64,000 nt of DNA. Origin: Bispira polyomma (Eukaryota). Below, in pieces: positions 1 to 13,600 of this stretch. The stretch spans positions 11,470,001 to 11,534,000 of the forward strand of contig OZ287751.1 of assembly GCA_965649765.1 (NCBI GenBank), read 5' to 3'. Made by a program: the position numbers and the translations under genes. Every line of letters begins with the position of its first letter. The first letter of the stretch is position 1. The notes below the pieces were generated by a model. That model searched no databases and had not been told where the DNA came from. It saw only the letters and a program-made list of their open reading frames with translations.

Positions 1-2032
1 ATTATATTCCCCTGTCTATACATAGGAGTAGGCTCTACCAAGGAATTAGGAGTGGATATGACTTTGCAGTAAAGGAACAACTATACAAGAAAACCAACAC
101 CACCATCAATACCATCTTAATGGCACTACAGAGATAAAACAGCCAAAATAGAACACATAAAAAGACAAAATATGTCGTAATCAATTCGAATGCAATTTAG
201 AAATTATTTGAAATAAATTTGTTTCAATTCAAAGCCATCCATAAGTTATATATCTACAATTAAAATGCCTATATATTCCTCATGGATAAAAACAGTATCT
301 TAAATTTCACAATTAAAACACGTGTGATCCTGCGAAGTACGCACCCAAGAATAAAAACTGCTGATTTTAACTCTGCCAGCAATTTGACTTGTTTACTTCA
401 AGACTGAAGTGTGACTTACACAGCTCAAATTACTAATTAATGATCGTGAACTCCACAGATCACATCATAACAGCTATTACACTTTGTCTCACAATCACTT
501 ATGTGCTTGTTTTGTGGAATTTTAGCAACGCTTATGTTTTCCCAGGGTGGTTGCTAAGGGCAGTACAGATGAAGGTACTGGGATACTAGCCTTCTAAACA
601 CTGGCCAAGCATCTTCCCCACATTTTCACCACAGCCAAATCTGAGATATCGGCAATGCAAGGAATACTGGTCTTGCCAAGGTTTGACCAGCTATACATAA
701 TAGAAATACATAATGGCCAATAATGGAGCAACATAAACTTCTATTATGGGTGCTGTTATTTTCCAGTTGCCTGAGAACTTTTGTCTCAGAAATGGAGCTC
801 TCTCTCTCTCTGTCAACACGTTTGACTCATTATGACAACAAGCTGTGCAATTGGCCTATATTGTGGTACTAAGTATATTTGCAATGCAGCAACTCTGTAT
901 CGGAAGTTTATATCAAATCCTAAGAAATTCCCAGAAATAAAAATTGTTGACTCTCTTCCTTTTGGATGGTTTAAATGGAATTCTAAGAAAACATTGGGTG
1001 GCAAAGGTTTAGCAGGTTTAGAGAAATAATAGAGGATGGGAACTTTAAAAAGAAAATGCAGGAAACAAAGCATGAGATTGTGTATATGAATTTGGGTCAC
1101 AACAACAAGTTGTATATAGTGATGTTTTTTTCTACTTGTACTTCATTGATGCTTATCATATCAACAGTGAAGACACTGTCGGTTACATAATGCAACAAAT
1201 GACACATAATGAATAATATATTAAACCTTCAGTGGCATTTTCTTTGCTTTATTGTACAGCTTGTACAAGACCTACTTATTAAAATCGATTGCAAATAATC
1301 ACTGGTCTCCTACCAGTATGGGTTCATATCACGTTCGTTCCTTCACAATGCTTTACAATGCTTCAGCACTGACTTCTTCCATACTTAATCTGACTGTCAT
1401 GACATGACCTAATCTGTTGAAAGCCACCAATAATCCCACCTACATTCAACTAAAGTAAAACTAAATTATAGTTTTTGATATAATCTTGTTAATAAATGAC
1501 AAAGAGACAGAAACAAAAACATAACCTCCTTATTAGATGTAACATAAAGTAGAGTAGTAGGGCAGAGATGTCTATAGAAAAAGAGGAAGTGTGTAGGGTT
1601 TGACATTTACTTCTATCGTGACCTTCAGAGTAAACGAATTACCCCTCCACACAGGTGCCTTCCTGTTGGCAGACGACATTTCACAAACACCTTTCCACAA
1701 TTAGAAGCAGATTGGGCCCCAGATTTTCAACCTTAAGTATGGAACGTAACCTTTAAAAAAAAGGAGACATCAAATGATACAGCCTCTAAGTGGTATCAAT
1801 AATTCTATAATTTAGGCCCAATATATAATTCTAACTGGCACGGAACTGCAACAGAATTTTATATTTTTTTTTTGTTTCTGTTTTAAAAAAAAAGTGTGTT
1901 AGAGGACTAAGTATGCAGTTTTAAGATCCATTTTGGGGTGACAATATTGCTGATGGATCCCCTCCAACATGACTATCACCTAAAACATAACCAACCATCT
2001 TGCTAATGCGTTTGAAACACATGACCTAAGGC

Positions 2033-2186
2033 AAAATTACTACATTCAAGAAATAACTACTTTGTCAGTATCATACACGTGTCATCATGTTTTGTATGGT
2101 ACATATACAAAATTACTACATTCAAGAAATAACTACTTTGTCAGTATCATACACGTGTCATCATGTTTTGTATGGTACATATACAA
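2033..2186. repeat. Tandem duplication, 2 x ~77 bp
   Basis: aaaattactacattcaagaaataactactttgtcagtatcatacacgtgtcatcatgttttgtatggtacatatac occurs twice head-to-tail. Confidence 0.95.
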
Positions 2187-2262
2187 TTAAGTCATAAATT
2201 AAACATAAATGTTTTCAAAATTTATGATCGTTGTGGTAAAGGGGAGGTAGGTGGAAAAGTTC

Positions 2263-2463
2263 GTGTTTCCTTTACTGATTCCTGTTCCAATATGGAAGCT
2301 CTAATTTTTGGTGGGAAAATTATTCATGAAGAAGGCTTCTTATTGGTCAGTTGTGTGGGTGAACAGATCGAACTTTGGTCAGATCCATTCGCCAGGGATT
2401 AAGGTAGAAAAGACTTTACTGTACAACTGAACTAGCAGACCCCTATTGGGTCGTGCTGTGCAC
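2263..2463 (-). repeat. E1 split direct repeat A2
   Basis: 201 bp, 2 mismatches by eye versus 7860-8060. Confidence 0.95.
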
Positions 2464-2659
2464 AGTTGTCCTTGATAAAGCCAAAGAGTGGGTTTTAAAG
2501 GTAAGGTTAATTCTAACAGTGAAAAGGCAAGAAGGTAATTTAAGGTTTGAGGTATCTTTTTATTACTGTACATGTTAGTGTAAAATCTATGTACAATTTA
2601 GGGTAAAACGTCAAAGACAGATTTAAAAATAGATGAGATTTTTAAAAGCCCGAGCCAAA

Positions 2660-3629
2660 CTAAGAAAAGGGGGGTATGGAGGCAACAAAGGTAAGTGGGA
2701 CTGCACAAGCAGCTTGGAAATTTGCCTGAAGATATGACCATACTGCAGAGGATCTCCATAATCCATGGGCCATTATATTCTGAAGAGATACATTATTATT
2801 GAAGGCATAAGTGGCTCCAGAACGTCTAAAGGTATGGAAGGTATGCCCAATTTGGGGTATGCCTATTGAACTGAAGAAAGGGCTGATCTAACATGAGAGT
2901 CAATAATAATGTGGTGTGGTTGAGCCGCTTCAACAAATAGTGGATAGTGTTCAGGTAATGGCCTAGTTTGAAGTAGCTTTTTTAAAGCTGTAACTGGGCA
3001 GAGAAGAGTATTTCTGAGAGCTGAAATTTGTATAATGTGAAACTGGGACCTTATTTGTAAATTTTTAGCCCATTTCAGAATGATGTGGGCTCCTGGATGT
3101 CCAAAAGTTATGTCTTTCCTCAAAAAGTTTCTGGTTGAATCAAACTTTGCCCTTGAGTGAGGGGCTATATTGGACATTCTCAGAAAGGCAAAGAAAGAAA
3201 GAAGTAAAATGGCCCTGTAAAGTGGAGGGTCATTCAAAATGTCACATGCCTTAGAAATAAGTGAGAGGTGATTTATGTCGAATATCCCCTTGGGGAGAGG
3301 CCTGAATGCCGATGTATGTGTCAGACTTTTTGTAAACATGGCAATAGTATTATTTTCAAAGAGTTCTGCATTCCAATGTAGCTTCTTGGCCATATGTTTG
3401 ATGGCTGTCAGGTGGTTGTTAATGGTGTTAGGTGAGGCCCCTGTTTGGACTAAATATTCTAAAAATGCCACCACTGAATGTGTTGAAATTTGGTTGATGC
3501 CAGCATAGCAATTAAAGGAGACAAATGTCTTAAATTGGTTGTTGTAGGTTATAGTTGTCTGTGGTCGAAGTGAATGGTTTATCCTCTGCCATGCTGAGCT
3601 GGTAAATGCTTGAGTGACTTGAGAGGCAC
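2660..3629 (-). pseudogene. E1 tyrosine recombinase (frameshift near 2865)
   Basis: FFAFLR, then FHTFRRSGAT...HGLWRSSAVWSYL after a frameshift (R, HxxR, H/W, Y catalytic set); frame open from the predicted splice acceptor at 3630; stop TAG 2660-2662. Confidence 0.92.
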
Positions 3630-3635
3630 CTGAAA

Positions 3636-6434
3636 TTATACAGTAATGTCTAGGTTAAAAAACTGTATTGGTATAGCTTTCCAAATACAATTTCTGTTTA
3701 AAATGTCGATTTGTTCTCCCTTTGGAGGTACGTCTGAATATAACCTAGATAGTAAATCTGCTACTGCATTCTCTTTGCCTCTAACATGCTGTATTTCAAT
3801 AGTGATATCAAAAATTGAAGAAATAAGCCAAATATTTCGTAGACAAAGTGCTAGAAAATCATCCTTAGTTTTGTCTGACCTTACTACCAGTACAACTGCC
3901 ATGTTATCACAATTGATAAATATTCTCCTGTGTCTCCACTGCTCTCTCCAGACCCTCAGTGCCAGCAAAATATTCAACATTTCTATGTGTACTGTAGTAA
4001 GTTCTCTACCATAAATGTTGTATAGAGGGGTCGCATATATCTCATCCTTGTAAATACCTCCTAAACCTGTTAGACAGGCGTCTATAAAAACCTCGTTTTC
4101 TAAAGCTATGTCGATCGGCTTAATGAAGGTAATGCTGTTATATGCTGGAAGAAATTTTTGAAACTATAGCAAATCTGCTCTCATTTCCTGAGATACCTTG
4201 AAGCGTTTTACTTGGCTATTATCCCTGAGAGCCTTGAGCAATCTGTTGATAAACATCCTGGCTGGTTTTACACATTTGTGAATGTAAAGCAACTTGCCTA
4301 GGACAGATTGGAATTTTGTTCTCGAAATCCATTGTTTATTTAATACGTCAGAGCATAATTTGTGAGTTTCCTCAATTTTTTCCTGAGTGATACTAATAAT
4401 TCCCTCATCTATGTCAATATCAATTCCCAAACAAGTAATCTTTGAGCTAGGCTTTGTAATCTTGTCCGGGTTAAGGGGAAAACCTAAATCAGTAACCAAC
4501 TTATGTAACTCATTAAAAGCAGTGTCTGCTGTGGTGGCAGTGGCTACCCCTACGCAAAATATTTTGTGTCCTTTCTTATCCATATAGTGGGCTACCACAT
4601 CGGAGCATCGCTGAAAGGCCGCCGAACCGTGGACCCGGCCGAACGTGACCGCAGGGTCTACATATTTTCCGCCCTCAAAACAAATGCCTAATTGCATGGC
4701 ATCGGCTAGGTCAACACGTCAATTTCTAAAAGCGCGGGCCACGTCCAGTTTGAATATCTTAGGTTCTATAGTATTGTGAATTTGTTTAACTATATCATCG
4801 ATTGTTGGAAATCTGAGTCTGAATTGGACACCATCGAATCGTTCTTTATCTATGTTATCGTTAACTGAGTTTCCTCTAGGGTAGGATAAGCTCAAGATAA
4901 CTCGTCGTTTGTCAAGATCCTTAGACCTGGTTAGTAGAGGGGAGCAGTGGAAACTATCCTTATCTAAGCCTTCAGTGGCAGGGCATAACATGGCCCCACA
5001 TTTCTTTTCTTTGTTTAAATATTGAATGATGGCATTCTTATGCCGAAGTGCAGAGTGGTGATTTGTAGTTTCAGAATTTCTTAAAGTTCGTGGATTCTGA
5101 AGTGAAAGTGGGAATCCGAATTTAATGTATTGCACAAGCAATTGATCTGGGTAATCTTTAAGAATTTTTTCCCATACAGGGATGTTAAGTCCAGATATCA
5201 GAGGGATCCTTGCCTCTTTGTAATTAGGACGTTTAGTGTCACTAATAACTTTAGCCCAGTTAGTCATTTGTTCAATAGTTTCAATCTGTATGGGAGCCCT
5301 GTCGGGTCCACAAAATTCAAATTTGGTACTAGATAAAGCTAAGAAACCTTTGGTTTTCTGGGGTAAGTTTGTATCCTTATCTGTAGTGGTGACCTTGGTG
5401 GGGTCATGTGTAGTTGTTGGTGGTAAATTGTCGGAGAAGTCGCACGGTGTAACTTTATCTGTTCTTGAAACATCTCTCTTTATCTGAGAGGGTGTGACAT
5501 CATCACATTCATTTAACAACATATCAATTACATTAGTTACATAGTCTGTATAGTTCATATTATACTTCTTATTATATTCAACATCTTTCTTATGCTCACA
5601 CCAAGCCTGTCTGGCTTCGTGCCTTTCATCACTACTGACAGAGTTAGCAATATGCTCACCTGTGATTGCCTTAGATACTGGAGTCAGAAATAAGTCAATA
5701 GAATATGCCACATTAATTTCGCCCGGAGGAGGATCATTACACCTGTAGTAGTGACCCTGAAGGCCCCACAGCCCATCCCCTTGCAAGTAAAATCCCGACA
5801 TTTTTTGTTTATAATCCTGTATATGCATTACCTGTGCGCTGCTCTGATTTCCGTGTGTATAAAACCACCAATTTGTAGCAGCCATTCTGACTTTACTTCC
5901 TTCTGACCCCTGGCAAACTCGAAGTATGTATTCACCCACAGTGTCACTGTAGTTATATGATCCAATGTCATCATTCCCCATCCCCGTTTGTTGTTTACCT
6001 ACTACTATTTCCTTCTTTTCCCTTTGATTCTCTTTTCCCTCAGTATAAAATACTTGTTTCAAAATGTCAATATACCTGTGTTCAAGACTGATAGGTTTAC
6101 TGATACTGGTATTGTTTCCAGCAAACCCGTTACCTTTTGTGACCTGGTGTGATATATTTACTTTTGGAGTTTTAGTACTACACAAGCTAGCTTCAACTGA
6201 ATTTAATTTACAGTTATTTCTACAACTTGTTAGTCCATTATTTTTCCTATTTAAATTATCTTTACATGTTGAAACATTACATTCACTATTTTTAAATTTA
6301 GTTATGCATTTCTGACTAATACTATTGGTTGCAAGTTTGCAATCTTCGTCTCTCACTTTAAGTTTCTGAGTACTACACAACACACTGTCACTACCATTGA
6401 CATACCTTACACACACTGGTAGCTGGTCGATTTC
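3636..6434 (-). pseudogene. E1 Pol (N-terminal extension + reverse transcriptase + RNase H), fragmented
   Basis: ORFs 4719-6416, 4164-4697 and 3636-3980 carry KFGFPL, HCSPLL, KLDVARAFRN, FG..HGS, CLGIDID, CDNMAVV and NAVADLLSR; the YIDD segment is deleted. Confidence 0.93.
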
Positions 6435-7737
6435 CTATTTACTGGGGTTAAGCCCCGATTCCATTTGCTTGGACGAGTTAGCTTTATAACATTTGAATTC
6501 GGGATGCTGAGCTTCATTATGGAGTACTGTCGAACAGTGCCAGCACACGTGTTTGTACTGGCTATGGTCTGACTTGTGAGAACACTTTCCTGTATTGAAC
6601 ATCTTACAGATAACCCTAGGTTGTTGTGCGCTGGGAAGTGTAGAGGTACCGTGCCCTTTCGTGTTTACAATCGCCATCTGAGATACACTCAGTCGATTGA
6701 GTGCCCATTGGGTGGAATCGTTCCAGGATAGCCTGCCTTCCTCAATTTCGGTCATATTGAGGGCCCAAGTAGTTTTTACCACTTCCCAAGGTAGCGATGA
6801 CGCATCTCGGAGTGCCAGAACGACTTGTTGGATCATGTCCCGCGATACTCCGGGGTCAGTTACTTGTAGGGCATTAGTCAGCCCACTGCGGGAGAGATAA
6901 ATCATCGAATGCAGGACGTTTCTTCGCTGCACCCCCAGTGCATCCCTCGTTGGGCCATCTTAACTTAGGGTTACTTGTTGGTATGTCGGTGTAGTTAAAC
7001 CGGCCAGATTTTTGCCTAAGGGCAGCCTTACCTTGTGAAAAGGCTGCCTGTGCTTGTAGGTTATATTCGGCCAACTTCTGATTAACCAGTGCCTGAACAT
7101 CTGGGATCGCTTTCAGCACGTCTGGCTTGGGGACAATGCCGTCTGTAGAGTACGTCGAAATGTTCATCGCCCCTTGCCCTTGTTGCGTGGCCATGGGTAT
7201 GGCTGTCGCCCCTGTGTAAGCAGTAGGTAAGATCTGTGCTGTCACGCTCGGCTGCTGTATTGTTGTAGCAGGTATCCTGATAGCTGTCTCACCTGTGTAA
7301 ATAGTAGGTAAGACCGGTACTGTCGTCTGCTGCTGTCCTGTTGTAACAGGAATTCTGTTAGCTTCCTTCTCTTCGACTCCACTGATTCGTCTGGTCAGAT
7401 CTGCGTTAGACTGCTCCAGGCACCTAAGAATCTCAAACATTTCCGGTTCGTGTCCCGATGTAGTAGGGTGAGAAACCGCTGAGGTTGCCTGTGGCTGTAT
7501 ATACTGGAATGGAACCGTCATACCCGGATTCATTGCTCCTAAGACTTGGCTGTGTGCATTAACCGGGGTTGTCAGCTGGGAGGGCAATTCCTGACCGAAT
7601 AATTAGTCATTGACGATACTATCGTCCATGTTAACGTTTATTACCTTTGCTTTACCAGTTTTCTTCTGTACTTTTGGTTTCCCGCCCACTGTAGCTGGTG
7701 TCTTCTTTGTTGTATGGAGCCTTTCAGAGCGCCCCAT
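6435..7737 (-). pseudogene. E1 Gag-like ORF (stop at 7603-7605, frameshift ~6880)
   Basis: ATG 7737; basic N-terminus, coiled coil, KSGR...WP motif, C-terminal Cys/His zinc-finger-like motifs; homologous to E3 gag. Confidence 0.88.
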
Positions 7738-7859
7738 TATCACAAACAATATAATAAACACGTAAAACACAGTAATTATTAAAAACAAACAATGTAAAAA
7801 ACTAAAATACAGGAATCTGTAATGCCTTCATAGACTATGGCAATAATTTTTAAAACTTT

Positions 7860-8060
7860 GTGTTTCCTTTACTGATTCCTATTCCAATATGGAAGCTCTA
7901 ATTTTTGGTGGGAAAATTATTCATGAAGAAGGCTTCTTATTGGTCAGTTGTGTGGGTGAACAGATCAAACTTTGGTCAGATCCATTCGCCAGGGATTAAG
8001 GTAGAAAAGACTTTACTGTACAACTGAACTAGCAGACCCCTATTGGGTCGTGCTGTGCAC
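7860..8060 (-). repeat. E1 split direct repeat A1 (5' end)
   Basis: Copy of 2263-2463. Confidence 0.95.
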
Positions 8061-9350
8061 TGTCCCCAATATTCAAACGAATCTTCTGGACATTGTGTTT
8101 TATGACATAAGCACTTTTCATAATATACAGGTTAGTACCTATAGTTTCACTCCTGTGGTATTATAGATAGATTTACCAATTCTTAACTTGGGATTTGCAC
8201 CCCTCTTAAGAATTTCAAATTATATTTTACTAAATTTATATACTTTAATGCATTTTAAATAATTTATGCAATTGCACATTTTGTTGTGAGAATTTTAACA
8301 CTGAAAAATGTTCGCCATCTTTGAAAATGTACTGAAACATAATTGGTACTGGTAAAAGTAAATTTGCTCCGCTAGTTTTGAGTATGCTTTTTCATAAATG
8401 TCAACTCACTAAACACAGGCTTCTTTAGTAAATTCATGTCCAGCTGCTGAAATCACTTTGGGGTTTTCATGTATACAATGACAGTTTAGCTGGGGGAAAA
8501 GTCTCACTTTTCAAACATATGTTAAGACCTTTTCTCACTAGAATATATTTCACTCCTTTTAGTAGATACAAATAAACAGTACATGAGCTTTGCTTCTTTT
8601 ACCCAATTAGAATTAATTAATACTAAATGTTTATTTATATGCTACCCCGTATTTTCCATTTGTGAATAAAATTATATTTTTCACAATACATTCTGCATTG
8701 TTTCTATGTGAAATGAGGGTGAAAAAATGACCTTAGCAGATTTTTTTTTGTGTATTAAGCACTTGAAGGTTGTTTTTATAATGTATAATGGATACTCAGT
8801 CCATGCGTGGGTGGGTGACAATAGGAGCCCATAGAGGTTAATTCAGTCCAGCCTAACAAGGAGGTTGTTTGGTGTTCTTAGTAGGGCCACTAGAGGGGGT
8901 GTGGTGTGGTGTCCTCGAGTTTCAGCTGATCTTAACGAAAACATCAGTGGGTGTTGATAATATAATGGTTGTAAACTCTTGGGTAGACTTTCTAACCCCT
9001 TGGTGACTGAAAAAATGGTATTCAAAATTAATGTAGAGTGAGATGGTCCAGATCGGTAAGGTTGCTAAAACGCACACCACTAAACACCTTTCATTTTTTT
9101 TAAAATGGTGTACATATAGTATTGCACAAATGGCATGAAGGAAGAAATTATGACCCTACCAGTAATATATGCAGGTTTCTGGCACTATTGTGTTGTCAAA
9201 AGATATACAGCTGATATAACAAACATCAATAAAAAGAGATCTATAAAACGTTTACAGTTGCAGTGTTTGGAATTTCTGCAAGTTTTCGACATTTTTTACC
9301 ATTTGAAACAGTGTTTCTATGAATGGCATGTATAGCACAAATTTGATTAT

Positions 9351-9791
9351 AGCATAGTCACACCTTCACATACTATTGTCCCACAATGTAGCAAAGCAAT
9401 ATACCTAAAAAAAGTGGTAGCTTCGTGTCAAAGTGACGTCATTTTTATAAAGCTGCAGTTGATTGTGACGTTTTTGTGACGTTTTGCGACGATGTTGGTA
9501 CTTGTATACACAGAGCAGGACAAAATAAGACTTTACTAGTAGGATATCACTACCTACTACTACGTACTGTAACTTACTGGTACGTTCGGCTGCGTTATAA
9601 TACTTAGTGAAACGTTCCCCGATGGATACAGACGAGTAGAGATGATATCACTACTGACAAGTGGACACGTTCTTAAGAAGCTGAGAGCTTGGTTACGATT
9701 ATTTGAAACAGTTTGAAATAATCGTGGCAGCAAACCAAACGAAGACGTTTCCAGAACGATATAATTCGTTAAGTGTAGGTGTGACCTGGCT
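9351..9791. mobile_element. Non-autonomous TIR DNA transposon (MITE)
   Basis: Imperfect TIRs AGCATAGTCACACC / GGTGTGACCTGGCT; the interior is homologous, in reverse orientation, to 26948-27510. Confidence 0.75.
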
Positions 9792-10321
9792 TATTGTCAA
9801 CAACACCTATAAAGGGATCTTTTTGTTTTATCAAGACTGGATCATGTGGTATTCCAATTGGTGAACTGGTGATGAGGGCTGCCACCAGTTAAGGCCCACC
9901 CTGTATAAACTGGGCTGACTGTATATTGATGTTTTTATGCATATATTCTTATGTATAAATAAATATATACACTGTAATTACAAGTGGCACCATAACAAAT
10001 GACTATCTCTCTCTCTTTCTCTCTCTATATATACATCAGTTAATATCTCTGAGCATTGATATTTTCATGGTGTGTAAACAAAATGACACACAAAATGATA
10101 TTAAATAAAACATATTCAGAAGTCAAAAAAAGGAAAGATTTATTTCCAGTCAAACAGTGGGTCTGTGGGTTTTAACCGTTTGTGGGACTTGTTAGTAGGT
10201 GCCAGTATAGTCTTTATACCGCAAAGCTGGCTGTTCTTACGGGACTCAGATTATTACAACATAAATGAATATTTCCATTGGATACCGTATAGTGTCACAT
10301 AGCTGTCTTTTCTTATCAATG

Positions 10322-10650
10322 AATTAAGTTGTGATGGGGACATCTGTTGCATGTTAAGAGAACAGCCAAAATTATTAATATTAATGAAGTTTCTTTCTGT
10401 GTCAACTAAATGTGATATATTGGGGGTAAAAGCTACATTTTAATTGGGCTTCTAAACGGCAGATGTTTAGATATTTTTTTTTAATAAATTAAGTTGTGAT
10501 GGGGAAATCTGTTGCATGTTAAGAGAACAGCCAAAATTATTAATATTAATGAAGTTTCTTTCTGTGTCAACTAAATGTGATATATTGGGGGTAAAAGCTA
10601 CATTTTAATTGGGCTTCTAAACGGCAGAAGTTTAGATAATTTTTTTTTTA
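10322..10650. repeat. Tandem duplication, 2 x 165 bp
   Basis: Near-identical units starting at 10322 and 10487. Confidence 0.95.
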
Positions 10651-13600
10651 AGTGTGGGTGCGGTTTTGGTAATCTGATCCCCGCCCTCAGAAGCCGCCTA
10701 TGGTGTTATTATAAATAGGAATCAATTTGACAAGCAAACTTATTAGTATTAAAGTCAGTAATTCTTAAATTAATGAGTACAAATGTATAAAATCAGGTTG
10801 CTTATCACCTGGATATAAGGGGTATAGACTTATAGAAGCATATTTTAAAATAAGGTGGATACTTGTTTGCGGTCATATTCGCATGAAACAATACCCTGGT
10901 TGAAATATAGGGTATTTATTATTAATATATTAGAGTACAATACTTCTTAGTTTAAGACATTGTTATCTCTTTAATAAGTAGATTTATTGTGTTTCAAAGA
11001 AAAAAATAGCAGACCAGTTAACTAACTGTAAAACTATAAAAATAATTATTTAAGGGGTTCCATTGCCTTTAAGTACTTATTTCTTATTTTGATATACACC
11101 CCATATTTAATTCAACCCATTTTATAGCTCTTTCTGTTATGCTACTTTTAAGCCCATTCACTTTGACTGTCTCATTTTTCTCACACGACCAACTCCTTCC
11201 CCACCAACCCCAGTCCCTCCCCCCCCCCCCCCCCCGTCTCCCATTATTATTGAAAACATTCAATAATAATTGTTCTGCTTGATTTCAGCTGAGTAATAGA
11301 CTTGTCCTAATAAGCTGTGAGATGGCTGAGTTGGTCCTTTGTGGCAGTAAGCTGACTCCTGTGGAGGATAGATTAGCTCAATGAACTGGTGCTAGAGTAG
11401 TTTGGCATAGGCTTAAGTAAAAACTTAAATGTCAGTGAAGTACATACACCCTCTATGACCAAGGTCCCTCAAAACATTAGTCAGGTTTGCATTGACAGTA
11501 CTGAAACAAGGAACAGTTTAAATATAAGCCCCATTTAACTTGTACATAATTTAACCTGAGTGTAAGACCTTTTTGTGCATTTAGTGTTAATAAGACTACA
11601 ATCTCAGTGTTCATGTAAAACCAGTGTTATAATTACATGTCTGGTGAAAATATATACTTTCCTAGTCTTACTTCTATATGAAGCAGATATTACAAGTACG
11701 ATATTATCACTGAATGAAGCTTTTGTTGTTGTAATTTACATGTACGCTAACAAAACATTGACCATCCCAAACCAAAAATTTAAATTATGGTGTATACGAT
11801 CCATTCATAAATGATATAACACTGATAACACATCTTGACCAGGATCTAAAGTATAACATGTAAAGCATATCATATTTCAGACACCAATAGTTTAGATAAT
11901 TTAATTTTCCTTAAAACGGTTTATTTTCATGCTCTTATATGTCTAGCTCCTAATTTAACCAATAGTAATTGGTTTAAAGGGCTCTCCCTTGGTTATCAGG
12001 CCTTTTGTTGCCATCTGTGACTTTGGGAAAACAATTTTAAAACCAACCCTTGTTTCTAATCTATTTAATCAAATTTGACACTGCACTGAGATAAATTTGA
12101 GATCATGCTCCATTGATGTATTCGTGGTTTTGCTTATTGTAGGGGTGCATTTATTTGATGTGACTTACTGTCAGTCTCACATAATTTATAGAGCCAATCA
12201 CGGTTATTTGGAGAGCAGCTTGTTATAAAGTGAACTCTGCTATTGTGACCAGAAACATCCTAGATTTGCAGGAAGGTGTCCATTTGTTGTTAGTAGGAGA
12301 GGAAAATTGAGCCGAGCATTTGAATGAGGATTCTGGTCCTATAGTAGATGGATGCAGCAGCATCTTTGAGTCAACGAAATGATTCATATTTTGTCACAGA
12401 CAATGGCTCATAGGATAAATCTGTCACAAAATATTCAAGGTTTTTTTTATTCCTTTATTTCTCAGTTATATATTACAAAATGGGAAACCCATTGTAAAGG
12501 ATATTGAGATGCTTGCCTACGATCATTATGTGATTTTAATAAACATAATTCTACTATCCAGGGACCTACCTTTGCTAAGTTTACATTCATAAACAAATGC
12601 CTTATAAAGCCATACCTGGACTTTTCACTTGGTCTCAATGTCGTTTTGTATGCAATAAATAAGCATGAACACAAAGTTGTACATATTCAGTTGTCCCATA
12701 ATATCATAGTTGATGATCTACCCAGGTGAACTGGTTTTGTTCACTTTATTAAGAAGGTCAACCACTGTGGTGTGTTCCAGATTGTGTGATGTGTTCCAGT
12801 AAAATTTGACCATACACTACAATAATTGTTGCAGCTTGAAATTATGTCTCGATGACCATTGCTCGCCTCCGGCTTTTATGGATCATCCAAACCATTCTAA
12901 AGTTAGATGTTGTACCAGGATGAGCTTATTTTTTCTGATGCATATCTGTTGTTCTCTCTATTAACTTAACTATTAAAATTACAAATTTTGCTATGCTGTG
13001 ATTACCTTAATATTAGAATTGGTTTGTCGAGGGTCACTCCTTTCATATGTTATTATATATACAATGATGTATACAGTCAAGTAGGTTAAACTATAATGAA
13101 TTAAAGCTTTCGAAAAATGATTTGAGCCCTGATATATCCTGTTGTTCAATTTTGTTTCTATTGCCAATTAAAATTGGCTGCCAGAAGTAAAGTACCCCTT
13201 GAATAATGTGTTCGGCATTGTATCAATATTGTTATAATATAGTGTAATATGATAGTGATCCATACAAATGTACATAATATAGAGCAGTTGTAACATCATA
13301 TTATATTGTGGCGATATTGTCCTCTGTGTGATATATGACCATAATGTTCCATGGCCATGGCATAGTTTATGTCAGGTGACAATATTTTAGCCAATCATGG
13401 GATTGTCTGTTGGTGAATATTAATAACATTTGGCCTACTCAATTGTGCACCTTCAATTGATAGTCTAGGTTTTTCCACTTTTAAGCTATTAAACCCCTTC
13501 AAGATACTTCCTGTATTTTTATATAGGATGGTTCAGTGTATAACAAATACTCTGTTAGTGTACTCTGCCTTTGTAAATTCCAAATAACACTACTATGCTT

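Larger units (their letters stand above)
2230..8060 (-). mobile_element. Ngaro-type tyrosine-recombinase retrotransposon E1 (decayed; B2 not found)
   Basis: gag, RT-RNase H and YR ORFs in order on the minus strand; 201-bp direct repeats A1 (7860-8060) and A2 (2263-2463); no methyltransferase after RNase H; homologous to E3 throughout. Confidence 0.93.

Noticed and set aside
813-1100. Short ORFs here and the many 60-135 aa ORFs in AT-rich regions
   Set aside because: No domain signal or splice context; expected by chance
3275-6900. Plus-strand ORFs overlapping E1 (and the equivalent antisense ORFs in E2/E3)
   Set aside because: Antisense shadows of the real ORFs, with no motifs
2263-8060. 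A repeats interpreted as LTRs of a Gypsy/Copia element
   Set aside because: No DDE integrase, protease or TSD; YR is present; E3 shows the split A/B architecture
8885-8901. CTCF-like motif GGCCACTAGAGGGGG
   Set aside because: Single partial match that cannot be supported from sequence alone
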